Below are positions 49,986 through 63,157 of a stretch of DNA of 64,000 nt, piece by piece. The stretch spans positions 20,383,028-20,447,027 of the forward strand of contig CM082576.2 of the NCBI GenBank assembly GCA_040954595.2, read 5' to 3'. Within the stretch, counting starts at the first letter, position 1; each line of letters begins with the position of its first letter. Below the pieces are notes generated by a model. That model saw nothing but the letters and a program-made list of their open reading frames with translations, searched no databases and had not been told where the DNA came from. Made by a program: the position numbers and the translations under genes. This stretch comes from Balanoglossus misakiensis. Taxonomy: Eukaryota > Animalia > Hemichordata.

Positions 49986-52900
49986 TCCACATATGGATTA
50001 CATGTGGGATAATATTGGGTGCTGGCAGTTTCAGTAAATGAACTGCTCTTAAAAGTTGGGTGTCAGGGCACCCTTGACTTCTTATTGTTCAGTTATACAT
50101 TTAGGAGGCTCAGTTATAGGAGAACCCGATAGAACCACAGCTGTAGGAATTAGGGAAATGGTCATACCCTAAATAACTTATGTCACTACTATTTTTTTTT
50201 CATGCCATTGAAACAGAACAAACTCCATGTAGGCCAAGTCCATGCCTGAACAATGGGCGGTGTACTCAGCTGTCTTGTACAACTTATGAGTGTACTTGTC
50301 CAGGATGTTTCACCGGCACACACTGCAGCCAGTGTAAAACTCATTAAAACAAACATTTGTCATGCAGGAACTAACATTTACAATCATGTCTCAATACATT
50401 GTCTGTTGGTCATACTTTATATTTTCATCTTCAGCATCACACCTTGGTCCTTGGGAATCGGTCACCTCAAAAATGATGTACAGCTGAAAGAAAACATGTT
50501 TATTTGAAGAAAAAACTGTTGATCGTTCATGAAAATTTTCCCTACACAAGATACATATACAGAGATTTTCATAGCCCCATAAGTGCGTCCCAGAATGAGC
50601 AAGTTGTTTTTGGAAGTGAAGTTCCGTTCAGTATTTACAGTAATGGTAATGATGATGTTTTCATCAAACAGATTTTGAAAGTAAATATTGCTGAGATAAC
50701 ATTAGGTTGCACTTTTTATTGCAGTCCAAGATCCAGGCCAGCGAAACAGCTGTCTCAACGGGGCTGTATGTAATGCAGTGGCCAACTCCTGCACGGCATA
50801 TACCTGTGCCTGTACTGGTTGCTATGAGGGTAACCGTTGTGAAATATGTAAGTTTCTGACGTACCGTAAATGACAATCTTTTGGGCACTTTCTCTTCATG
50901 GCAATTGAATTGTGTGGTAACTTCTCATTTCTAAAATTTCCCCAAGAGAAAAGAAAGGAAAAGGAAACAGAAATTTCATTTGTATGTCCGTGCAATTTAG
51001 GATAGGCACGAACTTGTGAGGAAGTGTACGAAGTTGGATGTTTTCATCACTCAAATATACAAGAGTTGCCTCTTGAAGACTAGTGTCTGTAGAGATAATT
51101 GTGCATGTGAGGTAATCTCTCCTAAGGTGGTGCACACCTCTGAGTATTAAGTAAAAGAGACGTCCTTAATTATCCTTACTATTTGGCTTGAAAAATCAAT
51201 CTTACTAGGTGTTCTGATTAGAGAGGTGTCCATAAAGACAGGTTTTACTGTATTACCCAAAATAGAGACATTGTCCCTTCATCATATACTTAATGCGTGT
51301 TCTGGGTATGGTTCCAGTATAATGCTTGTGTCAAAGGATTTTGTTGTGGTGCAGGAATCATCTTTGGTTGAGGTGTAGCCATCTGCATTTCATGTGTTTT
51401 AAACTATTTTTTTTTCTGATTGTCATTAACCCATGTGATCAGAATCCGTGTCAAAATGGAGGCTATTGTTCCAAAACACCAAATTCTTATACTGACTACA
51501 CCTGTTACTGCCAGTAGTGTTGGACTGGGGCCATCTGTGCCGTAGGTGTGTCGAATTACTGTTTTATGACACAGCGTGGTATATAAACCCTCATTTTTGG
51601 TATTCTCAATGTGATAGATGGACCCATACACCAATAAATGGGGTGGAAGCATTACTAAGTTTCATCCTTTCAAAATTTGCTGATGTAGGGTCAAAATTGA
51701 GTGTGAGGTGCATGTTAAAAAGGAAAGCCTTCTGTATCATGTTGATGGCACATTTTTTTAATTTTTCAAGATTCTTACAGAAAAATCCTAGCAATAGCAT
51801 CATTATGTTATTTTAAATGTAAAGGTTTGAAACAAGGAATGAAGACATTGCTCACATATTTAAACGAAATGAACATCACAAGTACATGTACAAGTTTTTG
51901 ACAAGCAGGTAATTGATACTTTCATTTTTGTTTTGGCAGCCATTGATCAGTTATACCCTATGCCTTGTCAAAATGGTGGCACATGCGTTGCGTGAGACGG
52001 CTGTTTCCTGTTTGACTGTATGTGTACCGAATGCTTCACTGGTGCCACATGTACAATGCGTAAGTACTAACCAATATTATTTTATTCAATGCAAAACACT
52101 TGTTATATATTATATAATATAAGTACGGTACACATATTAAAGCCCTGGTAACTCAAACTTTGGGCTAGCTTAATGTTATCACTATTTTTGTTTTCGGTTG
52201 CAACTGTGGTTTCTTGTCACACTCTAAAGGATTTCACAGCATTTGGTTTTTCAAAACAGCCCTTTGGTTGTTGTCATGTATACATGTACATGACTGTGGA
52301 GTGTAGTTTGTAGATTCTGTAATTTTGACAATATCTTGACTGCACATCCCACAGCTGTCAATCAGTGTCAACCCATCCAGTGTCGGAATGGTGGAAACTG
52401 TGTGCTGACGCCCAATTGGTGTACTGAATTCACATGCTCCTGTACAAGCTGTTACTCCGGCGATTTATGTCAGACATGTGAGTGATTTTAAATTTCAGAT
52501 GAAGAGGAACATAATAACATAACACATAATCGGCTTGCAGTTGGTTTCTTCCAACCTGTATCAAACAGTGAATAACGACACAATTTTGGGGAAATTTATT
52601 AAGAATGTGTGTGCCATAAAAGGGGATTGTGTATTTGACCAAATAACAACCTGCACCGTATGGTACACTAAGACACTATTACACCTGTGTCAAAATTTCA
52701 TTACGTTTCTTTTGTTGAACATGGAAGAAATTTGTCACAGTGATGTTCTGTTGACCAACTGAGATTTTTACCACTCAACCCTGACTGCACAAATCTGTTT
52801 AAAGTATATGTAGTAAATATTAACTGTACACAATTTATATCACTTTCTCTTCTGTGCACAGATTTGAATCCGTGTCAGCCCAACCCTTGTCTAAACAGTG

Positions 52901-53559
52901 GATTCTGCCAGCAAGTGTCCTGCACCGAGTTCAGATGCCAGAGTCCACGCTGTTTCATCGGAACCACGTGCGCTGAACGTAAGCAAACCAGTGTCAGATT
53001 TCCCGCACAAAGTAGAAATCGCTGGGCTTTGTCATTGATATTGTCTCAATAAAGTTGCCTGTGATTGTGCAGCTAACCAAGAGACTTATATGCACTACGG
53101 TAGCCATGATGAATACTTTCATTGACTCAAATGCTCATCAGTGTAGATGTTGCTATTTTTCCAACCGTAAATTGAAACATCAGAAAGTTATGACATCAAC
53201 TACCCCCACCCCCACCCCACCCACCCCCAACTAGTAAATATTATAAGATTCAGTAATTATGGTAAAGATGGTAGCACCAAGCTTGGATCAAGTGGTCTTC
53301 ATTATCCTTCACACATGAACATGATCACACGGATGTGCAATCTTCTGACAGTCTGCTACAGATTTCACTTCCCACTCAAGTGTGTAAGACCCTAATGTGA
53401 TACTTTTCATTTCTCTCACCCTTAGTGATCAACCAGTGTCTTCTAAACCCATGTCTGAATAACGGAGTGTATCAGCCACTTCAAGGCTCCTGCTCAATCT
53501 ACACCTGCAACTGTCCAACCTGCTACACTGGGCAAACATGTGTTACATGTAAGTCACAA

Positions 53560-54935
53560 GTTTTTAGGTCCCATTGGTATGTACCATAGGAACTTATGGG
53601 ATTGGTTACATCTGTATGTATGGATGGATGGATGGATGTATGTCTGTATGTCCGTCCACATGAAAAACTTGAAAACCGCAGCGCGTATGACCTCGATATT
53701 TGGCGTGTAGATGCAGGCAGGGCTGTAGATGGGAGTTTGTTCAAATGAAGATGTCATTGCCAAAAATATGCAAATTAGCTGGGAAAATGTGAAATTGGTC
53801 AAAACTCAAAAACTGGACAACCACTGGTCATATTGATTTGAAAAATGGTATGCATGTACCTTATATCAACCTCATACAACCCTGTATGTTTTGAGCTAAT
53901 ATTATCGATTTCCTATTTTTTTTGCATTTTTTTGTATTTTTCCATGTTATTGGTAAAAGTCTTTGAAATTTAGTATGAAGCCTCCTAATGTTGTCTAAGT
54001 AACCATAGTTTTGTTCAAATTGTTGCAAAATTTGCATATCTATAATTTTGAGCATTATTTGCCATTTTTGGTCAAAAAATGTTTTTCTTTAAAACCTCAT
54101 GCCAGATTGCTTTGCAATTTGGTAGGCATGTTCGTAGGGGTAACCTAAATAATATGTTGTAAAAAATGTGATATTTGCATAAATGTGTTATCGGGGAAAC
54201 TTTTGCAATTTTTGTCAAAAATTGTTTTCACTGAAACCGCTTGTCCTATTGCATTGAACTTAGGCAGCATGTTCCTTGTAGTGATTGAAGTAAGATATTG
54301 TACAATTTTGGTGATATTTGCATATTTGTGTTTTTGCCACTTTTGAACAAATATTTTCTGTGAAACTGCTTGTTGGATTGCTTTGAAATTAGTTTTTTCT
54401 CTGATTGCTTTGAAATTTAGGATATAATTTCATAACACATACCTGTATATGTGCAACTTTTATTCAATTCTGAGATCAGAAAGATTAAATATTTAGCGAG
54501 TTTTTTTGGTAAGTTTCTTTGTTTTTGGTTAGCAAATCTTCTCCTAAACAAATTGTCCAGTTGTTTTTAAAGTTACTATTTACAAGGAGTTGTTACCTCG
54601 AACAAAGACATGTTTACATAACTTAAATAGGCCAGCTGTTACAGAGACCACCAGCTATCACATTTTAATTACCAGTGGCAGGTCAGTGTGTGTCTGTTCC
54701 AGGGCTGACTGAAAGAAGTTGCTTCGCATATGTGTTTGTGTACAGACAATTTTTGGTCAATTTTTTTTTCTAGCACCACTTGTAAGACTGCCATGACACA
54801 TGACAGTTTATTGGGCATGTTCCTTGTTAATGTTTTTACATTGCATATTTCTATATGGTCAGATCATAAGTGCTTGCAAATGTCACCTGTAATTTTTATT
54901 CTGCTGTGTCACTGTTTCCGCATAATCCTCAAATG
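53560..54935 (+). mobile_element. HINE-like element with degenerate internal tandem units
   Basis: TTTTTAGGTCCCATTGGTATGTACCATAGGAAC start and (TGGA)n; family of 6897, 14816 and 19388. Confidence 0.7.
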
Positions 54936-55791
54936 TCATCAGATCTCCGAATGTGATGAAAACAGTGTGTTTTGAGTGGGTTTTTTTAATGACCTTTTGG
55001 GTTAAAAGTGGCAAAAATGGCAATTTTGTCTTCAAAGGGGTCAATAAGACTGACTTTTTTGGAATCAGCACCATTTTTTACATTGAATGGACTAGTCTGC
55101 TCAAACTTTCCTTACCAAAAATTCTGTTTAATCTTCTGTAACATGTATACCAGTGTACATGTAGCTGCCTGATAGTTTGCCCTGTGTGTGTAATTGCTGA
55201 GTGACATAACGCATTCTGTGATTGATGCAGTCACGTAACCACCAATCGAACGATTGTTATAAGGAGAACTGCACGACCTTTAACCGCATTAGCATACCTG
55301 ATTTTTAGGGCTCGATATTACCTCTGAGGACGCAATATTTAAGTTGAAGTTTTTTTATTTTATCATATTAGAGCAAGAAGACTTGTCTTTTATGTAAAAG
55401 AAATAGACCCTAATATACAGAGTGCATTTTGAAACGATAGGCAGTTCCGGCCCATAGCCTAATTCTTCATTTTTCTGTCATGCGTAGGAATTGATTAGTG
55501 CTAACAACCCATGTCAAAATGGCAGCACTTGCCAACCCTAACCTCGTGTGTGGCATTGACGTGCACCTGCCAAGGATGCTTTACTGGGAGCGCTGTGAAA
55601 ATTGTCAGTCAGTTTCTTTTGTCAAATTAATCAATATGTGTGGGACTGCTATACATGTATATAAAACAGAATACTGCGATGGAAAATTCTATAACTTAAT
55701 GTTTCAGTGGATATATGACTTAAAGTTAGCAGTATGCAGTGAATTCAACAGAAAGTGTAATTTCCTCTTGTGTGAGCTCTGTGCGACTGTG

Positions 55792-56425
55792 CCAATGAAA
55801 ATCTCACCACAAACAAAAATGACAGGTATACACTGTATATTAGCAGCTTTGTCTCTGTAATAGCCATAGTGTTTTGAAGTTGAAAACTTGCAAAGTGTGC
55901 AGTTTTATTCACACTACAAAGGAAACATTGTTGAAACGGATTATCTGTGTACATTGTCAAACTGTACACTTGTCGCGAGATTTATTCTCAATTATATTAC
56001 TAGTATATCATGCTACCGTCTGCAACTCTGATTGGACGAGAGCTAAATCCAGCGATGCTAAAATACTCAATAATGCACTGCTGGCAGTGGTAAAACGGGC
56101 TTTCTGTTTGCCACATGGGTTTGTTCTTTAGGTTGTTGTATGTGTTTACACCCATCATGTTTATTGTAGAACCAGGGTCGATCAGTGAGGCAACTGCTGT
56201 TTGTTCTATCTGCACTGTTACTCGAGGCCTCCTGCCATTTGATTGTTGTACAGTGAAGCAGTATTCATCTCCCGAGCTGTCTTCCACTTTATGCACAGCT
56301 TTGACAGTTTTATCCTTGTCTACCCTATTTGCCTTGCCTTTTGAATGGTAGCATTTGGCTAAATGGTTAGGTTTGCCACACTTCCTGCATGACTTGCCTT
56401 TAGCTGGACATACTGAGTCATGTGG
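55792..56425 (-). mobile_element. Gypsy fragment (zinc knuckle + aspartic protease)
   Basis: CRKCGKPNHLAKC..AVASLIDPGSTINMM; paralog of 26871-27047. Confidence 0.88.
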
Positions 56426-56427
56426 TA

Positions 56428-56617
56428 CCATTATTAAAATAGGGGCCAGTCATCAAAACGTAAGTGAGCCAAAAAACTACAGGTCAGATAAATTGTTTTC
56501 TCGTAAATTCAACATTAGAATCAAATTTGGCGTTGGAAACAAACGGCGGGTCGCCAGTTCCTGGTCTGGAGGCTGGTAGAGTCACGTCTTGAAGACTGGC
56601 CCCTATTTTAATAATGG
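56428..56617. mobile_element. Small TIR element at the duplication junction
   Basis: CCATTATTAAAATAGGGGCCAGTC...GACTGGCCCCTATTTTAATAATGG. Confidence 0.8.
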
Positions 56618-56874
56618 CATTGTCATGACCGGCCAACCTTTGACCTCGGAGACCACAATGTAGAGCTATCGATCAGCTTTTCGCGTTTCAATCAAACATT
56701 GCAATCACGGGCTAAAATCACTAACTAGTTGATACCTTTTTCGGTGTTTCATCTAACCTTTGAAAGGAGTATAATAAAAATGAAATGACCGCACGTAATG
56801 TGCATTTCTTGTTCACGTGTGGGGACTATATGTGTGCGTAATGATCCAAATGCAAGGGGTCGTGTGAACAGGCC

Positions 56875-57283
56875 TTAAATAATGAGTTTGCGTTAAATAA
56901 TGAGTTTGCGTTAAATAATAAGTTGACAAACGGCGCGAGTGCATTTTTTCATGGTTTAGAAATCACTTATTTATATATAATTCATTATATAATGTAAATC
57001 ACTCATGATATATATATAATAGACTTGCACTTAAATTATTTATAAATCACTCATGATATATATATAATACACTTAAATTTTTTTTATTTATAAATAATTA
57101 ATTATATATAAATAATTATGTACATCACTCATGATATATATATAATAGACTGACACTGACATTGTTTATAAATAATTTATTATATATAAATAAAAGAGCA
57201 TAAAATACATTTTATGTATATAATTGAATCGACTTGAAATTATTTATAAATAAATTGTCAGGACTTAAATGGTTTGCAAATCT
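56875..57283. repeat. AT-rich short tandem repeats
   Basis: TAAATAATGAGTTTGCGT x2 and ATCACTCATGATATATATATAATA x3. Confidence 0.75.
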
Positions 57284-57747
57284 ATAATTACATACATATA
57301 AGTATGTTAAATAACGACTTTTGAACAAATAATTTAGCTAAATAATAAGTTAACACATGGCACCCCATACAAACATTACGTCCAGTCCAAATATTCTGCC
57401 AATTTTACATCCAATGCATTCAAATAGTGGACTGCTTCGCTTTCATCAAGTTTTCATGTGCATCGTATAAGTAGACTTTTGTTTTGTCCCGTCTTTTCAC
57501 CGAATTTGCTCTTTTCCAAATCTCCGACACAGACTATGATCGTCACATTCTTGTCTGTTGTTAGAACAGCACACTGCCATATGGCATTGACTGTATACAG
57601 TTTCTGTTACCAATATCTCTGGTTTGGCATTTTCCTGTCCTCAATCTTTTGCCAGGGATTTTTGTGTCCCCAACCCGCGTGAGAATCCCACGTCTTTGAA
57701 GGTATGACTGTGACTATAAGATTCTATAAATCTCTGTTTATTTTCAG

Positions 57748-58373
57748 CACAAACATCATGTGCTGATTGCCCAGCTGGTAACCAATGTCCAAATGGTAAC
57801 ACTGTGATTTTATGCTCGGCTGGTTATTACAGTTCGGCCTTGGACAAAGGATGTCTCGCTGTACCTCTTGCATAACAGGTAAACTTCTACCCACCAACCT
57901 TTATTTCCAACATCAAACATTAGGTCAGGTAATTTACTAACTGAAAAATAGGATGGGAACATTTTCCATTTCTGTATTTAAAATTTACTGATATAATATA
58001 TGAATGAAAAAATGACAATTTTTCCAAATTTGAATAGACCTCTATTTATGAAAATAATTAAAATTTGCGCCAATTTTTTACAGTGGTATTCAAAGGTTAA
58101 CTTGGTGTGTATATTCTTTGTTTGATTTACAGATCAGCCGGTGCTGAACAGTGTACTATTTGTGAGCAAGGGTACGCCTGCACAGATCCCAGTGCATCGC
58201 AATTCAAGTGTACCAAGGGTTACGTGTCATTGGCTGGTGCAACAAACTGTACCAGATGTACAAATGGTAAGATTGTGGTACTTGTTCAGTTTGCTGTGTG
58301 ATGAAACTGAGTGGTATGTGTGTATGCATGTATGTGTTTACAACAGATTTTCAAGTCAGTGCGACTGGGGTTA

Positions 58374-58405
<32 letters not shown>

Positions 58406-60287
58406 TACAACAGATTATCAACTCAGTGCGAAATCTTGCGAGACCCGGTTAGCCATGTGAGATCTCGCAGAGTCTTATGATATTCAGAAAATGGTTGATT
58501 AGAAATGACGTTTAATGTCCTCCAAAGAATTTTCTACATGCCCGTATACTTGTCTCAGAATTATGAAGTGAATCATCTCAAGTAATTTGTTATTTTAAAT
58601 GACACTGTATCACAAATACTTCACTAAAAACCTCATTTTCTTTAATCAGATGAAATAAGTGAGGAGCCTGCACGCACATCCCGTCTTCTGTGCCCTGCTG
58701 GACAATCGTGTTCAGATCCAATGTAAGATCCGCTTGACTGTGGCAATGGTGAATATGCTATGGAAGGCGACGGCACATGCACGCCTTGTCCAGCAGGATC
58801 CAAGTGTCCAACCATGTCACCCGTAGTTGATTGTTCAACAGTTACTGGTAAGTTGGGCTGCAAATTACTCTTATGACTTCCCTGTGTTATAGCATGACAT
58901 ACACAGAAAATTAAACTGTTATGCTCATTGGAGTTGATATTGTGATGCACTTTGAAAAACACAATGATTCCACTGAAGAGGTATTGTACAGTAACACCTG
59001 TGATTACGGACATCTCTCTAATAAGGGATCGTTGGACCAAACCAATCGTTCTTTGAATTTTTTCTGTGATAGGTTCATACTCGCTAGGTTCGGCCAAGTC
59101 CTTCTGGTTATGAATGCACAACTACAAATGTCACACAGTGCGCTACAGGGAAGTAAAGTGTTGAAGGAGGTAAGTCTTGAAATCTCTTTTCTTCTGGTCT
59201 CGATTTGAACATGGTTCCACAAGTTGTTTACATCACTTGTAGTTTTACATATTTTTTTAGTTCAACAGCTATGCTATACATGGTGTCCTGAGAAGTCGAC
59301 CAGTATGAGAAGTCGGTATCGGCCAGTACGAGAAGTCGGCCTGTGGGAGAGAACCCTGGTACTTTGTGTTATATATAACTGTTTCACTACGAAATGTTTC
59401 CTTGATGTACAGGAGCTGAGATATTTGTACAAATAGCCGATGAATTTTAAAACTGTCTGTTCACTTTTCATGTACGTCACCGGGGTACGTCAACATCAGT
59501 CACCTGCACTTCTTGAGCTGCGCCAGTAGTCTGTTCCTTGTCACGTTTGTTTGTTTGTTTGTTTGTTTGGTGTTGTCTCAGAAAGTATGAATATACACAT
59601 ACATCTTCTATGTATTTTAGTAGGCTTTGAAACAACTCCCTTTAATCAGAAATGTCACAGGAATTTGGCGAACAACCTAAGCTCCTTACGCGGATATGGG
59701 GATGGGGAACTGGTACGGATGCCAGACGCCATTATTTGAAATGACGCCATTGTGTTGTCAAGAATTTGGGAAATCCGTCCAAATGAAAATATTTAGTGCA
59801 ATTATATTTTATTAAGTGTTGTTATAAGTAATCTGGGTCATCACTGCACTATTCGGGTACAAGTTCAACAACTGGCCGACTTCTCATGTATTCCTATACA
59901 TTAGTGAAAATTGGGGAAACTGGTGTTTTCAGACAACTTATGAAGTCCCTTTCGCAATATTAACTCTAAAACAGCGGGTGATATTCCTTTTAAAATTTAA
60001 CCAAATAAGCATACTTGAACTCTGTCATATCGGCAAAACACTCACTACACAAGCTGCTGTTATTCTACAGACATGACATGTGCTGATTGCGGCGTAGGTA
60101 ACTACTGTCCAGATGGGTCAGACAGCCCCATTCCTTGTCCATCAAGTTATTATGCTGACACAGCCACAGAAGTATCCTGTACCCCTTGCGATCCAGGCTG
60201 TCAGTGTGCAGCAACATCACCCACTTGCCTGCACATCAAGAACCTACTCTCTGGGACCATCAACAACATGTACTCCCCTTCTACCAG
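57748..60287 (+). pseudogene. Copy B of the Cys-rich exons
   Basis: 57748-57878, 58133-58266, 58650-58847, 59073-59169, 60071-60287; same stops as copy A. Confidence 0.85.
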
Positions 60288-61107
60288 GTTTGTAGTCGTC
60301 TTAGTCGTAAAAACATATTTAAGGTGTTGGGCACCTCGAAATAAAGGGTCGTCTGATCATGTTAAAATTAATACTGATGATACTATGACTTCTAAACATT
60401 TAATCTATGGAATAAAAATTGGGGGTCAACCATCTAGAGTTTTGAAAAAGCGCCCTTTATCTAGCACCTCTTTCAGATTTTGCCAGGCTCGTAGATTTTT
60501 GTAAAATGGCCTCAAAAATAAGAATTTTGGAAGGTTTGTCATATTTTTTCACCATTGTAGAATCTAAATGTTCTGAATTATTTTATTTTTAGCAATTTTG
60601 AGATTGCTTCATGTTCAGTATGATAATCGCATGTCAATACAACTGTTACATTAAAGGAAAAGTTCAAATCCGCCTAAAACCACATTGCATTGGTACCTAG
60701 TTAAGTTGTCCTCACTTCTGACGCAAAATTTTTATGTGCAATGCACGTGTCTGTGAAATTGACGAATAAAAAAATTGTATACCAGTGCAAAATTAAAAAC
60801 TCCCTGTGCAGCCTTCTTGGCAACTGCATGCTGGGAAAAGTACTCGGATGATGACGAAAAAGTTTCGGGGTTCCGGGTAGTGCTACCCCGGAATACAATG
60901 TTGGGTGCAGACTCCAACTATGGAAAAGAGATGCAGAATGTCATGTGATATAGTAGTGAAAACAAATACACGTTGGTTCACGTATTTCAGCTCTCAGCAA
61001 TCAGGGTGCATTAAAAGGCCTTGATTGGTGTGATATTCACAATTGATGATTATAAATACTTACAGTTGTATACTGTTTTATTTTGTAAATATTGTGTACA
61101 TTTGCAG

Positions 61108-63157
61108 CAATGAATCCGTGCGAACACAAACCTTAACCCATGCCGGAATGCTGGTACTTGCCAAGCAATCCAGGGATCTTGTACAGGCGTCACATGTCTA
61201 TGTGCTGGCTGCTACCTGGGCTTCACATGTGAAACACGTGAGTACAGTACTTTGTCATTTATTAAAAAATCTAAGTGCTGAGGTACATTGTAGTAATAAT
61301 AGCAGGTGTAGTCATTATCATCATCATCATCATCTTTAAGTCAGTCATATGATCGGTAATAAAAACAGTAAAATCACCAGTATAAAAACATAACAGAGAA
61401 ATAATGAACGTGTACTGGTGTTACCATAGGTAACTGTTGTATAAAATTTTGAATTCCTGTCTTCCAGTTCCTAATCCATGCTTCACTAGTCCTTGTCTCA
61501 ATGGAGGTACCTGCCAACAACAGGCAAATTCTTGTACTGCCACCATTGGCATGTGCACAGAGTGTTACTAGGGAAACAGGTGTGAGACAAGTAAGTTTGA
61601 ATCTATAGCAGTTAATAATGATAATTATCATTTTTTTTATTATGATTTAAACTTCACTGATGTTGTACAAACACAAAAATAGAAATAATAATAATAATAA
61701 TAATAATTTATTTGTATAGCGTCAGTATCCACAAAAAATGTGATCAATGACGCTTAAAGCAAAAGTACAATACAACACAACAAATGGCTAAAAAACAGAT
61801 TTAAAAAGTAAAGTTTTAACATTTGATTTAAAAACAGATAAGTCTGGTGCCTGGCGTATGGTGAGTGGAAGATTATTCCAAAGAATTGGAGCAGCAACAG
61901 TAAAAGCACGATCACCATAACTCTTGGTGCGTGATCGAACAGGGCAGAGTTTGAACTGATCAGCTGACCTCAAATTGCGACACGGAACATATAGATTAGT
62001 CATGCTAGAAAGATAGATTGGACCAAGTTTATGAATGGATTTAAAAATGAGAACTAACATCTTAAAAACAATACGCTCTGTAACAGGTAGCCAGTGCAAC
62101 TGATACAAAATGTGACAGGTGATTTTTGAACGAGTAACAATTAGAAAGGGACAGCAGCTTAGCTCTATTCCTTTTCCAAAGTGTTTGTTCTTTTAAACTA
62201 CCTGTTTTTTATTTATTCTGATTATGCTAATATGCTAATTTGTCGGTTTGTCACATCACAATTTTTGTAGGAAACTCACCCCTGGGAATTTTTTTCAGCC
62301 ACTGACATACATTCATAATCACATGACATTGATGATCATGGAAAATTTGACCCTTTTCCTTGTAGGACTCAACCAGTGTCCACCAAATCCGTGCCAGAAT
62401 GGTGGCTTCTGTCAACCGGCTCGAAATTCCTGCTTTGATCTCACCTGCATATGTACTGGTTGCTACAAAGGTGATAGGTGTGAGATATGTAAGTATACAG
62501 CGCAGTCTCTTTTACCTTTTGTCTCTGATGCATTCAAATACTGCATGTTTCCTGAGCATAGGTGTAGCCATCACCACAGCAGAGCTTGGAGCGTTCTTGA
62601 CATCGAATGCAAGATTACACTCTTCCCAATCAAAATCACTTTCGTAGCGCATAATGTCTTGATTGTCTTAGTTCAAGAAACATTATGCGCGACTGGCCAA
62701 TTTTACAGCCTTTTGTCAACGCACATCCACTATGGAAATTCTCACTACAGGCCAGATAGTGTAAATTTGCATATGAGTCTACAGGTATGCTTGAAGTCAA
62801 GTCAAGCATTTGCAAGGAACCCTCCTCCAGTACACAGGTCTTTGATTTCATGAAGGGAAGCCCTTGCCTCACAGTCACTGCCACATGATCTATGGAGGTG
62901 TGAACAACTTGATACCAGCCTAATATAAGTTGTAGGCACAGTCACTCCACATACCCTTGCCATAATTCTGCAAGGTTTTTGCCATATCTGTACTGTAGAA
63001 TGAGTAGCAAGGAATAAAATGGCGTCCTTTCTTAATTTCCAGTGCAAAACCCCTGTGATCCCAACCCATGTATGAATGGTGGATTTTGCCAGCAAACATC
63101 GTGCAATTTCTATTCATGCCAGTGTGTGAACTCTTACACAGGTGACATCTGTCAAAC
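61108..63157 (+). pseudogene. Copy B of the first four 8-Cys EGF exons
   Basis: 61108-61237, 61468-61590, 62366-62488, 63043-63157. Confidence 0.88.
61684..62143 (-). mobile_element. L2-clade LINE 3' end, copy B
   Basis: Same translation as 46397-46717. Confidence 0.9.

Larger units (their letters stand above)
45717..53548 (+). pseudogene. Array of eleven phase 1-1 EGF-like exons (8-Cys type)
   Basis: Exons 45717-45846 (frameshift), 46077-46199 (TAG), 46975-47097, 47652-47766 (+49426-49427), 50217-50333, 50725-50847, 51423-51545 (TAG, acceptor lost), 51940-52059 (TGA), 52355-52477, 52862-52978, 53426-53548. Confidence 0.9.
39463..56425 (+). repeat. Segmental duplication block, copy A
   Basis: 39463-48609 matches 57284-64000 at offsets 17821, 17833, 15420 and 15391; the extent beyond 48609 is inferred. 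Confidence 0.9.

Noticed and set aside
6482-53548. In-frame stops as readthrough, selenocysteine or a variant genetic code
   Set aside because: All three stop types occur along with frameshifts, lost cysteines, a lost acceptor and a TE insertion, which is ordinary pseudogene decay.
45717-53548. Calling the array Notch or fibropellin
   Set aside because: Extra cysteines, no Ca-binding consensus, and no LNR, ankyrin, CUB or avidin exons in view.
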